From: a virus
Lineage: Duplodnaviria > Caudoviricetes
Reading direction: 5' to 3' (one strand)
Length of the DNA stretch: 64,000 nt
Virus record (IMG/VR): IMGVR_UViG_2912874417_000004
Location: 1 to 64,000 of that record
The position numbers and the translations under genes were made by a program. Of this stretch, positions 18,793 to 30,057 are shown piece by piece; within the stretch, counting starts at the first letter, position 1; each line of letters opens with the position of its first letter. The notes under the pieces are model-generated. The model was given only the letters and a program-made list of their open reading frames with translations, ran no database searches and was not told where the DNA came from.

Positions 18793-20870
18793 CCCTCCTG
18801 TGTCGTATCTTTAGTCCGTGCATAATAAAGCGTCTTGATTCCCTTATGATGCGCGTATAAGTCAATCCGGTTTAGATCGCGCGTCGTCATCGTATCTTTC
18901 AAAAACAGCGTAAACGAAATGCCTTGGTCGACGTGCTGCTGAATAGTGGCAATAAGATCGACGACTTTAAACATATCCATGTCGTACGCTTCCTTATAGA
19001 AGAACCAATTCTGCGGCGATAAACCTGGCATTGGATAATATGTCTTACTGTTTCCGTATGTACGTTCCTCGATTCTCTCCATAATAGGCATTACGCCGGC
19101 CGTAGATGATTGAACGTATGAGATGCTTCCTGTAGGTGCAATAGCCTGCCTATACGAATGATACAAGCCATATTTCATAACATCCTCTTTAAGCTTCATC
19201 CAATCTTCAATGTTAGGAATATGTTGATCTCCAAACAGGTTTTTAACCTTTTCATATTTAGGGCTATAATCATTTGTCACGTACTTATCAAAATACTCGC
19301 CTGATTTGTAAGTTGATCCGTCAAACTTGTAGTACGTCTCCCCTGTTTCTTTTGCAATTTCCATTGAACGTTGCAGGGAGTAGAAGTTAACCATCATAAA
19401 GTATGTATTTGCAAAGTCCTTAGCTTCTTCACTTTCATAAGCAATTTTATTTTGAGCTAGAAAACCATGCAGGTTCATCTGCCCTAGACCAATTGATCGC
19501 ATTAGTGTATTTGCTCTCGCAACAGCTGGGGCATTAACAATGTTTGTTTTTCTTGTAACAGTTGTCAATGAGTCAATTGCTATTCTAACCGTTGAAGCAA
19601 CTGATTGATTATTCATTGCATTTACAATGTTCATGGATCCAAGATTACATGAAATATCTAATCCAATTTCATCTTCCTGATCGTAATCTGTATAGACTGA
19701 CACTTGTGATGCTTGGAGGACTTCAGAGCACAAATTAGAAAACTTCACTTTTGAAATATGTTCATTTGGATGCACTTTATTTACATTGTCAGCAAACATG
19801 ATATAAGGATATCCAGATTCACTTCTTAAAATGGCCAATTGCTCCAACAGCTTTCGAGCATTTCCTTTTGCTTTTCTAACCCTAGGGTTTTCAACAAGCT
19901 CATCATACATTTTATTGATGTCCATCTCATCAAGATACTGCCCATATTCTTTGTAAACTGAATGAGGATAGAACATGTAAAAATCCTTATCTTCTCTTGC
20001 CAATTCAATAAATTTATCAGGAAGAACTACACCAATAGACAGTGTTTTAACTCGGACATCTTCATCAGCACTTATTTTTTTTGTATCCAGGAAGTCTGTA
20101 ATGTCTGGATGGAACACGCTTAGATAAGCTGCTCCAGATCCTTGCCTTTGTCCCATCTGATCGGCATATCTAAAAGCATTATCAAGAAGCTTCATCACGC
20201 CTACGACGCCTTTTGTGGCGTTTTCAACATCTTTGATCGCTTCACCTTTGGCTCTTAATTTGTTTAGATTAAGCGCTACTCCTCCACCCACTTTAGACAG
20301 CTGCATCGAAATATCAATAGCACGCGAAATATCATTCAAACTGTCTCCCACTTCAAGTAAGAAGCAGCTTACCATTTCACCTCTTCGCTTACGGCCGGCA
20401 TTAAGGAAAGTAGGTGTTGCCGGTTGATACTCTTGCTTCATCATAGAGTGTACTTCCTCAATAGCCTTTTCATAATCACCATCTGCACAATACAGAGCTA
20501 CAATTGACACACGATCCTCATATCTTTCCAGAATCTTTGTTTTGTCGTTTGTCTTCAATGCATAGTCATTGTAGAACTTAAAGGCACTCATGAAAGATGG
20601 GAATCTGAATTTGTAACTGTAAGCAATTTTAAAAATCGATTTAATCTGCTCAAATGTGTATTCGCTTAAGAATTCTTCTTCGTAATAATCATTTTTAATC
20701 AGATAATCCAGTTTCTCTTTTAAGTCATGGAAAAAGACTGTGTTTTGATTAATGTTATCAACAAAGTAACTGTGTACGGCCTCCTTATCCTTCTCAAATT
20801 GAAACTTACCGTCTTTCTGAATCATGATCTCATTATTGAGCTTGATCCACTTTGGTATTGTGTTTGTCAA
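18771..20870 (-). CDS. nrdE: Class Ib ribonucleotide reductase alpha subunit, no intein or intron
   Basis: PATPTFLNAG, SCF, SNLCSE, APTGSIS and C-terminal CLSC; 699 aa continuous. Confidence 0.97.
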   Translation of the reverse strand: MTNTIPKWIKLNNEIMIQKDGKFQFEKDKEAVHSYFVDNINQNTVFFHDLKEKLDYLIKNDYYEEEFLSEYTFEQIKSIFKIAYSYKFRFPSFMSAFKFYNDYALKTNDKTKILERYEDRVSIVALYCADGDYEKAIEEVHSMMKQEYQPATPTFLNAGRKRRGEMVSCFLLEVGDSLNDISRAIDISMQLSKVGGGVALNLNKLRAKGEAIKDVENATKGVVGVMKLLDNAFRYADQMGQRQGSGAAYLSVFHPDITDFLDTKKISADEDVRVKTLSIGVVLPDKFIELAREDKDFYMFYPHSVYKEYGQYLDEMDINKMYDELVENPRVRKAKGNARKLLEQLAILRSESGYPYIMFADNVNKVHPNEHISKVKFSNLCSEVLQASQVSVYTDYDQEDEIGLDISCNLGSMNIVNAMNNQSVASTVRIAIDSLTTVTRKTNIVNAPAVARANTLMRSIGLGQMNLHGFLAQNKIAYESEEAKDFANTYFMMVNFYSLQRSMEIAKETGETYYKFDGSTYKSGEYFDKYVTNDYSPKYEKVKNLFGDQHIPNIEDWMKLKEDVMKYGLYHSYRQAIAPTGSISYVQSSTAGVMPIMERIEERTYGNSKTYYPMPGLSPQNWFFYKEAYDMDMFKVVDLIATIQQHVDQGISFTLFLKDTMTTRDLNRIDLYAHHKGIKTLYYARTKDTTQEGCLSCAV

Positions 20871-21228
20871 TAAGTTGTACCTCCCGATTAATCTTCTGCA
20901 AATCTAGTTTTGTTCCACTTAGTTCAAATTTTAATAACAATGGTACGTGGAACATTGCTGAAAGTTTGTCCCCAGCTAGCCCATAGTTATCACCCCAAAC
21001 CCTGTTACCACTCACAGCAACTCCTTTTACTTTATTTTTATTCTTAATAATAAAATTCAAAGTCCTTTCAGGTACTTCCCCAAAGCCTATCGTATATGTA
21101 ATATGTATGAATTCTTCTTCCACAATTAAGTCATCTCTAATTTCAATGATGTCGAAGTTTAACTCGCTTTGCAATGCTTGAACAAACCTTTTCACATTAC
21201 CTGTCTTGCTTTCATATGTAATAATCAA
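20833..21228 (-). CDS. nrdI: NrdI flavodoxin
   Basis: SKTGNVKRF, TYTIGFGEVP, SGNRVWG and KFELSG motifs. Confidence 0.95.
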   Translation of the reverse strand: MIITYESKTGNVKRFVQALQSELNFDIIEIRDDLIVEEEFIHITYTIGFGEVPERTLNFIIKNKNKVKGVAVSGNRVWGDNYGLAGDKLSAMFHVPLLLKFELSGTKLDLQKINREVQLIDKHNTKVDQAQ

Positions 21229-21575
21229 TATTCTTTATATTCCCCGTTAACCAAGCTGTTGGTGGTTGTTTCTGCTTCATTTTCAGCATGATGGAAAGCT
21301 TCAGACATTTCTAAATTGATCTCAGCCATCTCAGCATAGCCTTTGGCCATTTGAGCTTCATAGTCTGATAGCTCTGTCATCGGTACTGGAATGTAGTTAT
21401 CCTTCTGCTCTTGCGTGATAACCATTTGATCCCCTTCAAGATTGGTCGCAATCAGTTCGCCTTTTAAAGCAGTGTATGAACCACCATTTTTCATATGTAC
21501 TTGCGTATTTTCTTTTGCTTCATCCAAGGTTACAAAGTGACTGCGCTTAACGTATAACTGTTTAGCAGCTCCCAT
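21225..21575 (-). CDS. yosL: YosL-like protein with MazE-mimic C-terminus
   Basis: MAKGYAEMAEINLEMSEAFHHAENEAETTTNSLVNG resembles the B. subtilis MazE (NdoAI) C-terminus; directly upstream of nrdI. Confidence 0.8.
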   Translation of the reverse strand: MGAAKQLYVKRSHFVTLDEAKENTQVHMKNGGSYTALKGELIATNLEGDQMVITQEQKDNYIPVPMTELSDYEAQMAKGYAEMAEINLEMSEAFHHAENEAETTTNSLVNGEYKEY

Positions 21576-22540
21576 TCCACAACTCCCTTTTCTTTATTTT
21601 TTGTTTTTATCTTTTTCATGTCTTACATCTAACTCATTCATATCATTGAGAATATGGTCAATAACAACATCACTAAACTTACCGAATGCCTTATATCCAA
21701 TTAATTTGCTTCTTAGATCTCTCCACTTTCTTGCTGCACTCATTTTGCGTCCCCTTCCTATGAAACTGTGATTTTATTAAGAGATTCCTTCAACATTTTT
21801 ATGTAGTATAGCCAATGTCGCTTTTATGCCATGAATCGTCCCAATTAGAAAATCATTGTCTATAGCATCTTTTTTTACATTATTAAAGTAATCAATTAAA
21901 TCTTTTTCAAACTGCTGCTCAATATTCTCTTTAGGAATTCTTCTATTTGACACGTAATCTATATTTTTTTCTAAGATGTCTTGTATACCGGCTATTAATT
22001 TATTATGATCCTCAAACTCTTTTTTGCTTTTTTCAAATTCCTGTATAAGCTTTAGTGCCTTACTAAAAAAGATGTTCTCTATTCTCATGTTAAGACTCCT
22101 TTGTAACTTTAATTAATCGAATTTAAAATAAAATCATCCTTTTAATGTAATGAATAAATTCCAGGTTCGCCGATGTCGCCCCCTAATGAATTAAGTGCTT
22201 TAAATTCTAATTTAACTGCCAAGTCTCCATCTGTGTTGAATTTAATTTTATCTACGCTTACCTTGACCACTTTTGTTTCTCCCTCATAGCTTGTCAATTT
22301 CATTTTCAATGGGTCTGTATGTGTTCCGTCTAAACCAAACACTTTAAAAGCTAATGAATCCTTACCAGTGTTTATTATGATTTTGTCCTCATTCTCAACA
22401 GCTTCAATGTTCTGGCAGTGAAGGACAATTTTCGTTTCCTTCGGTAAATAATTATTAAATTTTTCTTTATAAACAGAGATTTCCTTTAAAATCATATCTG
22501 CCTCTCCTTTTGCAAAATTGGTTTAAAATAAAACTTTTAT

Positions 22541-22927
22541 TCAATTACTTAAAATCTCTGGATCTTCATAAATATTTCCGATAACTTCACCATGTTGGAC
22601 ATCTTCCCACTGCTGAGAAAACTCCTCAACACCTATTAGAGGAGCATCTTTATCTCCAATTACAAAAGGATCAAACAAGTATCCACCGAACTCTGCTGAG
22701 AAAACACATCTGTATGCGCAGCCTTTGCTTTTCATATAAGGTGTTTGAAATAAATCCTCTTCATAAATTTCCTGCCCTTTCTTATCCTTAAGCCCCGTGT
22801 ACTGCATGAGGATGTTTTTCTTACAATGACTGGTCGTTGGCTGCTTTAAAGTAAATTCATAAATCATCTCTTTTTTGCCCTTAATCCAAGAACGGAACTT
22901 TATTTCTCTCATTACAATCCTCCTCAA
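22541..22927 (-). CDS. YopX-family protein
   Basis: MREIKFR...MQYTGLKDKKGQEIYE...EVIGNIYEDPEIL. Confidence 0.85.
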   Translation of the reverse strand: MRRIVMREIKFRSWIKGKKEMIYEFTLKQPTTSHCKKNILMQYTGLKDKKGQEIYEEDLFQTPYMKSKGCAYRCVFSAEFGGYLFDPFVIGDKDAPLIGVEEFSQQWEDVQHGEVIGNIYEDPEILSN

Positions 22928-24738
22928 CCTTTATCCAGTTATGCGTTCAGAACTCCGTTCCAGTCATTAAATTCTTCAATATCCTCGTTCTTTTCCTTCT
23001 GTCGCAATTCATCTGCTTCTACTTTTCCAATAATTTTTTTAACTTGTTCAATTAGACTCCATTTTCTTAAACCTGAGTATATGATTAACCCCGGAACTCC
23101 AGTGCCTGCAGCTAATGTATTTTTCGTAATAAAATCCTTAACCTCCCATTCTAAAATGTGCCATCGTAAAACTTCCCCTTCTTTAACGGATAATTTAATT
23201 TCATATGTACCTCTAGCAGTTGTAATCTTCTTTGTTAATTCCATAACATCACCCTCAGTGTATTTTGAGTTCATGCGGATTTCTCCTCGTTAGATAAAGA
23301 GTGTACTCACATACAGAACGATCAACGCAAAAGCTGAATACAGTAAAGACTTGCCTGCTTTCTTGAAGATGTTTTCGTTTTTTTCTTGATCTGACTGTTT
23401 TACACCTTTGACAAATATATTGAGTAACACACCGATGACAAATGCATGAGGTAAAGTGGCATGGGTATTTTGAATGTTGTATGTATCAATAAGCAAAGGA
23501 TTTAACACGTGATTCAATCCATAATAGACAACTAGTGACATAGTCAATGCTTCAACAAAAATGAGTAACCCAACTACAATCATTGAACCTGATCCGATAA
23601 AGAAACCGTTCCAAATATCTTTTGTATTCTTATTCAATAAATATCTCTCCTTTAGTCTTTTTTAATTAGCCTCTTCCACCAAGAAGCTTTACGTTTTTCT
23701 TCCTCTTTAAAGCGTTCATAGTTTTCTTTAACTTGCTGATTCCATTTCTCTATTTTTTCTTGTGTTTGAATCGCTTTTTCAAGGCTCTCTTTATCTTCAA
23801 TTGTTTTAATTACCTTGTCAGTCTGATATGTCCATTCATTTTTTGTATTGCGCTGCCTGTCTGTTACGACTACGTATTCGTTAAACCCTGGGATATACAC
23901 TTTCCCTTCGATTTCAATTGGGTCTAAGTCAATGATCCCTTCAAAAAATGGTTGGTATTCACATTGCTGCTCAATTGGGACAAGGGCATCACACAGACCT
24001 AATGTCCAACTTTTCTTAATTACCTTCCCTTCAAATGTTGCTTTATGGCGTACCACTTATTCACCTCCTTGTAAAAGATGTTTCTTTACAAATTGAAGGA
24101 GTGTATCAACGTCTTTCGTAGTTGCCTTGTCATTGATCAAGAAGAAATCTGCCATAACATATTTTGAATAGTCGCCACTGCCATGATATTCATCTGTCAC
24201 AATTACTTTTAATTGAATATTTTCGGTTATAGGAATCAAATAAACATCTGTTCCATCTGTAATTGGAAAGTCTAAAGGGTACATATCAATTTTGTTTTCT
24301 GCTATGTATTCGTTAATTGAATATAGGATTTCTTCCCCTTCATTTTCATCAAAGCTACCAGTATAACCAGGGAGTTGTTTTCTAAAATAATCACTTAATT
24401 CATTGTTTAAATCGGTTCGCTTTCTTTCAATTTGACCTGTCATACCAACCATTAAGCCTTGTTCTTCCGCTTCACGGACAATAACCCAGTCTGCTTTTTT
24501 GAGCTTCATTTTAGTTGCCTCCCTTCTCACATTTCATTAAATGCTGCTATTGCCACCAATAGTTGCTTGGCCTCTACTTCTGCCATTTGATCTCCAATTT
24601 GCACCTTTACCCATGTATCTGGATAATCGACACTCTTAGTTGCTAGGAGTTTCAAAGTTTTTCTGTTTACTCCCCTTAATGTGAATTCGGATGTAATGTC
24701 TCTCATGGTTTTCTCCTTTTCTTTATAAAAATTGAATT

Positions 24739-25212
24739 TTAATCTAATTTCTCCAAAATAATTTTAAGATAATCTTTGAAGTCAATAGCTACAGCTTCTT
24801 CACCTTCTACACGTTTCTCATCTCTTACGCCAAAAAACCATCTATCACCTACCCACTGGCTTGCAGTTATATTATTTCTCCCGAACACATCATGGCCTTT
24901 GAAAGGATTTGCCTCTTCTATTTTCTTTAGCATAGACCTTATGTCTGTGAAATACTTAGAACGTTTTTTAAATGCATAGAAGCCAGCTTTTGTGGGGTTT
25001 TTCACCACTTCATCTTTAAAGAAGTCATATGCTTCTGTTCCTGCACGAACTCCGAAATACTCGGAATGATAAAATGAAAAACCATTCTTAATTCCGTATG
25101 TTGCTTCGAATTCATCAAAGAATTTGTTAATGTCTTCTCTTCGTTTCTTTTCAGTTTTATACCAATCGCTTTCTTGCTTAATCTCATAAATTGGTGCATC
25201 TAATGTTTCCAT
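24739..25212 (-). CDS. Hypothetical phage protein
   Basis: 157-aa ORF; its stop forms an arm of the dyad at 24726. Confidence 0.65.
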   Translation of the reverse strand: METLDAPIYEIKQESDWYKTEKKRREDINKFFDEFEATYGIKNGFSFYHSEYFGVRAGTEAYDFFKDEVVKNPTKAGFYAFKKRSKYFTDIRSMLKKIEEANPFKGHDVFGRNNITASQWVGDRWFFGVRDEKRVEGEEAVAIDFKDYLKIILEKLD

Positions 25213-25742
25213 GGCTCTATACTCCTTTTTTGTTTATCACCTAAAGACATCATTTGTTCCAATTTGTCGCATACTGCGCTTTCCCAGGAAATTTTTTATA
25301 TTTCCTTTCACTATTTCAATTCCACCACTTCACACCAAGTTCTTAGTGAACTGTCTTTTTTTAAATTTAAAGCAGCTACGCCAGCTACATCTCTATATTG
25401 AAATTCAGCAACTTTTCCATTACTGTCTAGCATTTTTCCCACATACTCTTTTCCAGCCCAAATCTCTACTGCATACTTACTCATACAACATCTCTCCATT
25501 CTCGATAAAAGTAATATTTTATTTTTACTCTTAAAGTAGTTGCAAGTAATTCATTGTCTTTTCTAATTTCATGTCTTTACAATTCTCAATGCATTCTTTC
25601 TTGATTGCTTCTCCACATTCTTTATGTACCGGAAATTCCCTATATTCTTTGTTGTCGGATATTCTTATGTAATAAACGATGTCACCAATGTGATCCTTGC
25701 ATTTAACACACTCCAATGCATCACCTCGCTTCCTATATTTCT

Positions 25743-25794
25743 AATATACTCGCATTCCACCAAACAATCAACAACTATTTTATTTTTATTCTAA
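25743..25794 (-). promoter_or_regulatory. SigA-type early promoter with SPbeta repeated element
   Basis: TTAGAATAAAAATAAAATAGTTG-TTGATT-17 bp-TATATT. Confidence 0.75.
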
Positions 25795-25803
25795 ATATTT
25801 TTT

Positions 25804-25830
25804 AAAAAGTAGGAGAGTTTCCTCCCCTAC
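25804..25830 (-). terminator. Rho-independent terminator
   Basis: GTAGGGGAG-gaaa-CTCTCCTAC-TTTTT on the minus strand. Confidence 0.75.
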
Positions 25831-25848
25831 AGTACAATAAGGCTGCTG

Positions 25849-26013
25849 CTAACGGTTTTGAGTTCGTTTATGAAATACACGAACAATTATTGCTGCTATG
25901 AAGAATAAGGCAAACAATCCAAAAGCCATTGATCCATTCTTTAAAATTATCCCAAAGATCAACAAAGCGCAACCAGACAAAATAAATAGTATTTTACTTA
26001 AGATATTGATCAT
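25849..26013 (-). CDS. 54-aa two-TM protein, candidate immunity protein
   Basis: Not in the track: MINILSKILFILSGCALLIFGIILKNGSMAFGLFALFFIAAIIVRVFHKRTQNR; its ATG overlaps the upstream TGA. Confidence 0.65.
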   Translation of the reverse strand: MINILSKILFILSGCALLIFGIILKNGSMAFGLFALFFIAAIIVRVFHKRTQNR

Positions 26014-26768
26014 TTACACTTCTCCATACAATCAAAGAATGCATTTACACCAATAATACCAGCAGAATTAACACAAGCATAGCAAGCAGTCCCCGCTGTT
26101 GCTGGAACACCAGCTGTGCATGCAGCTCCACATAAAATAGCTAAACCGGTAATTGCCCATTGGCTAATATTCTTATCACCTAAGCAATCTGATACGCATC
26201 CAGTCCAACTCTTCTGAGCACTCATCATGTTAGATGAACTTACTTTGTCCTCTGAAGTTTGTTTTGTTTCAAAGACCCCTGACTTGTCCTCATCCTTAAC
26301 ACCATTAACCCAATAATTCATTTCGTTTTGAGTACTGCTGATTTTCTTCATGTCAACTTCATAGTATTCTTCAATATTCATATCGCTATCAAACGAAACA
26401 TTAAATGAACTGACTCTGTCTACTTTTTCAGTGTCCACGTATAAATAAGAAACCGAATAAGTTACTGTGCCATCATCATACTTGATACCTCTAACTGATG
26501 CATTATCAAATACCTTTTCGTTTGATTTATGATACTTAATGTCTCCATCTTCAATTGCTTTTTCTGCCTTGGATAGAAGTTTTTCCTTAGTCTTTTTACT
26601 CACATCAATAGTGTGATCTGCAATAAATTCTGCCTCTGATTTTACTTTATCCTTGTCGACATTATCTGTTGAGATTGTGCTCTTTGCATCACTGTTCGGA
26701 GGAAATGTTGAAAAGGCCAGGACAAATGCGGCAACTAGTGCTAAGATCGTTCGATAAAAATTGTTCAT
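26010..26768 (-). CDS. Secreted protein with C-terminal 8-Cys hydrophobic domain (halocin C8-like bacteriocin precursor architecture)
   Basis: Sec signal peptide, a charged pro-region, then SWTGCVSDC...LCGAAC...ACYAC...DCMEKC. Confidence 0.6.
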   Translation of the reverse strand: MNNFYRTILALVAAFVLAFSTFPPNSDAKSTISTDNVDKDKVKSEAEFIADHTIDVSKKTKEKLLSKAEKAIEDGDIKYHKSNEKVFDNASVRGIKYDDGTVTYSVSYLYVDTEKVDRVSSFNVSFDSDMNIEEYYEVDMKKISSTQNEMNYWVNGVKDEDKSGVFETKQTSEDKVSSSNMMSAQKSWTGCVSDCLGDKNISQWAITGLAILCGAACTAGVPATAGTACYACVNSAGIIGVNAFFDCMEKCK

Positions 26769-27698
26769 TAAAATATCCCCTTTGTAATATAATTCTCATC
26801 TGGCACCAATACTTATCAAACAAACAATCTCATAAATCACCTTCTTTCTTTAATAAATGCTACCAATCATATAAATAATTGTTAAGAAATACTGATGATT
26901 TTGAATACTAAGTAACACAGATGTCCTTATATCAAAGGGATATTGCTCACCTTTATAAACAACTTATGTAATTTTGTAATTCCTTAGATTTAGTAAATAT
27001 CTCACCGAATTTTTTGTCTATAGTTTTCCATTGTCTTTCAGATGTTGAAGGCAACTCATTTTCAAGGTAAATGAACAACTCATCAACTCTGCTGCTAAGT
27101 TGATCCATATTTTGTGCAAGTGTTTCTTTTATTGGATCAGATATGTACACGAATCCGTCCTCCCTTATGAAAAGATAATTACTGCCTTGCCGTTGTCATT
27201 TTTTATGTATGGAGAATATGTTCGTTCTAGACAATTCCTTGACGTTCCTTCTCCCAGACTCACATTATAAATATCTCTTACTTTATGTACTTCATATGCT
27301 TGCTCTTTTGCCTGTTCAGGTGATAGCGCCTCAATTATCAAAGACGTATTTTCGTCCTTGTGATCTTTACATCTAACATAGTACCTTTTCAATAAACATC
27401 CCTTTATCCTTTCTTTTAATCCTGTTGTATTAATCCTCTTTTAGATAATGCTTGAAGAACTCGTCTAGGTTTGCAGCAATCGCTCCAGCAACTTCTGCAC
27501 AATGAGCATGACTCTTTTCTTGAGCTATTAAAAACTCAACTGCAGACTTAGCAATGGCTTTTATTTGCCCATCGTCTAATTTGCCGCTTCTTACTTCGTC
27601 TTTAATTTTTTCGGCTTCCTCTTTTAAGCTTTCTGGATAGTTCGCCACAGTCTCCACCTCTTGTATTTTATTTTTACTCTTTAAAATTGATCTTTTAA

Positions 27699-29177
27699 TT
27701 AGTTGTTGATTCTTTTTCTAATATCTTGTAGAGATTGATCTCTCACTAGCTTACCGTCGATAAATACGTCCTCCATTTGATCTTGATTTTTAAATTCAGA
27801 GTTATAAGCTTGGATTGTTAACCCGTCAACGAGAGTAAGTTCATCGTTTTCATTGATAACTGCAACTCTCCCCCGCTGACTTCGTTTTGTCCCGTCATCA
27901 GTCTTTGGATTCTTAAACAACATTCTTTCTTCCCCGTCAACAATGGCATGAGTAGCCTTTACGGCAAAACCAAATGTATCTCTAGTGTTGTATTGGTACG
28001 TATAGCTGCCAATTCCAAACACAACATTTGTACTTGCAAAGCCCTTGGATTCCAACCCTTCCACAATTCGCTCACAACGATCTAACGTAATTGAGTCTCC
28101 GTATATTGCTCCAATGTGCGAATCTAAGAGTTTGTAACCTTTCCTGGTCACAGTCCCTCCAAATATATCCCATAGACATTCGATTAATCCCTTACGTTCA
28201 AGTTCTGTTTCTCCATTAGGATCACCAATCAAAATTAAAACTGGGTCTCCACTATCAGGGCGAATTACAACTTTCCCCTCTCGATTCATTACCTCTTTTT
28301 TTAGTTTAGGGAGATATTTTCCAATTACTTTCCAAAAATCCCAGGTGTCAGATACCACACTAAAGAATCCGCTTGGATATACGCTGGTCATAAGATGTTT
28401 GAATAAATCAAACTCATTTTTATCTCCATACGAGCACATGACTGAATGCTCAGTTGCACTTATTGACGAGCCCACTAGCTCTTTCTCTACATCTGCATCA
28501 TAATATTCTTCTAAATATGTAATGGCAGGAATAGTGTCTGTGCCATTAAAGCTTAGTAAATGACCTGCTCCACTTGTTTGGGCGGATTCTAAAGACGACA
28601 TTCCGCGCATTGAAAAATCATGTCCCTGAAATCCTACAGCTTCCGTATCTCCCACTGTTTTCAACGCATACTTGTCTAATATTTTTTTATACTGATATGC
28701 AATAGTTGCAGAAGTCATAGGCTGCCAAGTCTCTGTGGAGAGGATTGTCTCCAAATAATTTGTTAGCCAAAAGAACCTTTCATCTGTGTTTTCAATTGTT
28801 AAAACTGGAACTCTCATGGGTACACGAGAACCTTCTTTAAGTGCTCTAATTTTAATTGGCAAGTAACCTAAATCATGTAGTTCTTCAATATGATTTGTAT
28901 CAGGATTTTCTTTCCCAAGTGCATTTTTAACAATTCTCATATACTCATTTACAATTTCCTGTTTAGGCCTTCTGAAGAAATGGTTATCAAAATACTCAAT
29001 TAGATATTTTTTCACAAACCCCTGAACGCCAAAAACAATAATTTTATCAGCTCTCGGAAAAAATTTATTACTACGTGGAGTTAGAGTTGAATACACACTT
29101 TCTGTTTTCTCAGGGTATTGTTCACGATGGCTCAATTTGTAAAAGTCAGCTAATAATGTTGCAGGTGTTTTTTTCAT
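27699..29177 (-). CDS. Nampt-like enzyme, probable Namat of NARP1
   Basis: ADFYKLSH, HDFSMRG, ATEHSVM, SVVSDTWD, IRPDSGDP, YGDSIT and RDTFGFAVK motifs. Confidence 0.9.
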   Translation of the reverse strand: MKKTPATLLADFYKLSHREQYPEKTESVYSTLTPRSNKFFPRADKIIVFGVQGFVKKYLIEYFDNHFFRRPKQEIVNEYMRIVKNALGKENPDTNHIEELHDLGYLPIKIRALKEGSRVPMRVPVLTIENTDERFFWLTNYLETILSTETWQPMTSATIAYQYKKILDKYALKTVGDTEAVGFQGHDFSMRGMSSLESAQTSGAGHLLSFNGTDTIPAITYLEEYYDADVEKELVGSSISATEHSVMCSYGDKNEFDLFKHLMTSVYPSGFFSVVSDTWDFWKVIGKYLPKLKKEVMNREGKVVIRPDSGDPVLILIGDPNGETELERKGLIECLWDIFGGTVTRKGYKLLDSHIGAIYGDSITLDRCERIVEGLESKGFASTNVVFGIGSYTYQYNTRDTFGFAVKATHAIVDGEERMLFKNPKTDDGTKRSQRGRVAVINENDELTLVDGLTIQAYNSEFKNQDQMEDVFIDGKLVRDQSLQDIRKRINN

Positions 29178-29223
29178 CGAATCGATCCTCTCTATCGTGT
29201 TATTAGGTTTGGTTTTTATTTGT

Positions 29224-30057
29224 TCAAATATTGTATACTTTTAGCTTTGACTCATATTTTTTATTTTCCCAATTGTTTTGTTCGGTTAAAATGCTATCTG
29301 TAGTGAAGACAGTGTCAATGTGATTAAATAGTTCACCTTTGAAGATTGTGTTCTCTGCATGAGCTACTAATAAGAAAACATTAGAAAAACCATGTTCACG
29401 TAATTTCTTTGAGCTATGGACAAAAGTACCGCCTCTGGATGAAAGGTCATCTACAATTATTACTTGGCGTCCACTCGCTCCACTGATATCTCCAACAAGC
29501 TCTAGCCCTTTTATTTCACCTGTTTCAAAATCTCTATGCTTGTGTCCTACAAGGACATTTTTAGCTTTCATCCTACTGTATCTTTTACTTGCACCTGCAT
29601 CTGGAAACATCAAATAATCTTTGTTCTCATCAAACCTCACAATTCTTTTAACTAAATTAATCAAATTAAAATTAATGAAATTTGGTTGCACTCTGTTTAA
29701 AAGTGCAGTCGTTACATCAGAATGTGGTTCGTATACTTCGATCTCTGAAAATCCTAATTCATTAATAAACTGGGCAACGTATTTCAGAGTAAATGGCGAA
29801 CCGTTCTCACTCCTATCCATTCTGCTGTACGGCATATATGAAATACTCAAACTGGTAGTTTTAATTTTTAGTTGGTCTAAGTATCTTTTAACAAACATCA
29901 GTTTTATCAAGTCAGTATTATTTTCAAATTTAAAACCTACATTTGTAGCTGAATCCGAATTCGCCAATACATCAATGCTTTTGTGATTTAAGTTTAATTC
30001 TCCATTTGGGAACTCTGTAAATTCAACTTTCTTTCCATTCACTGCAATCATCTCCAT
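29224..30057 (-). CDS. Prs-like pyrophosphokinase, probable Adps of NARP1
   Basis: FPNGE, YMPYSRMDR, EPHS, FPDAGA and VDDLSSRGGTF motifs; directly upstream of the Nampt-like gene. Confidence 0.88.
   Translation of the reverse strand: MEMIAVNGKKVEFTEFPNGELNLNHKSIDVLANSDSATNVGFKFENNTDLIKLMFVKRYLDQLKIKTTSLSISYMPYSRMDRSENGSPFTLKYVAQFINELGFSEIEVYEPHSDVTTALLNRVQPNFINFNLINLVKRIVRFDENKDYLMFPDAGASKRYSRMKAKNVLVGHKHRDFETGEIKGLELVGDISGASGRQVIIVDDLSSRGGTFVHSSKKLREHGFSNVFLLVAHAENTIFKGELFNHIDTVFTTDSILTEQNNWENKKYESKLKVYNI

Noticed and set aside
17542-20870. Group I introns or intein in nrdE/nrdF, as in SPbeta
   Set aside because: Both ORFs are continuous and of normal length.
27699-30057. NARP2 or ordinary NAD salvage
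   Set aside because: No NMN adenylyltransferase is in the window; the Prs-like + Nampt-like pairing fits NARP1 better.
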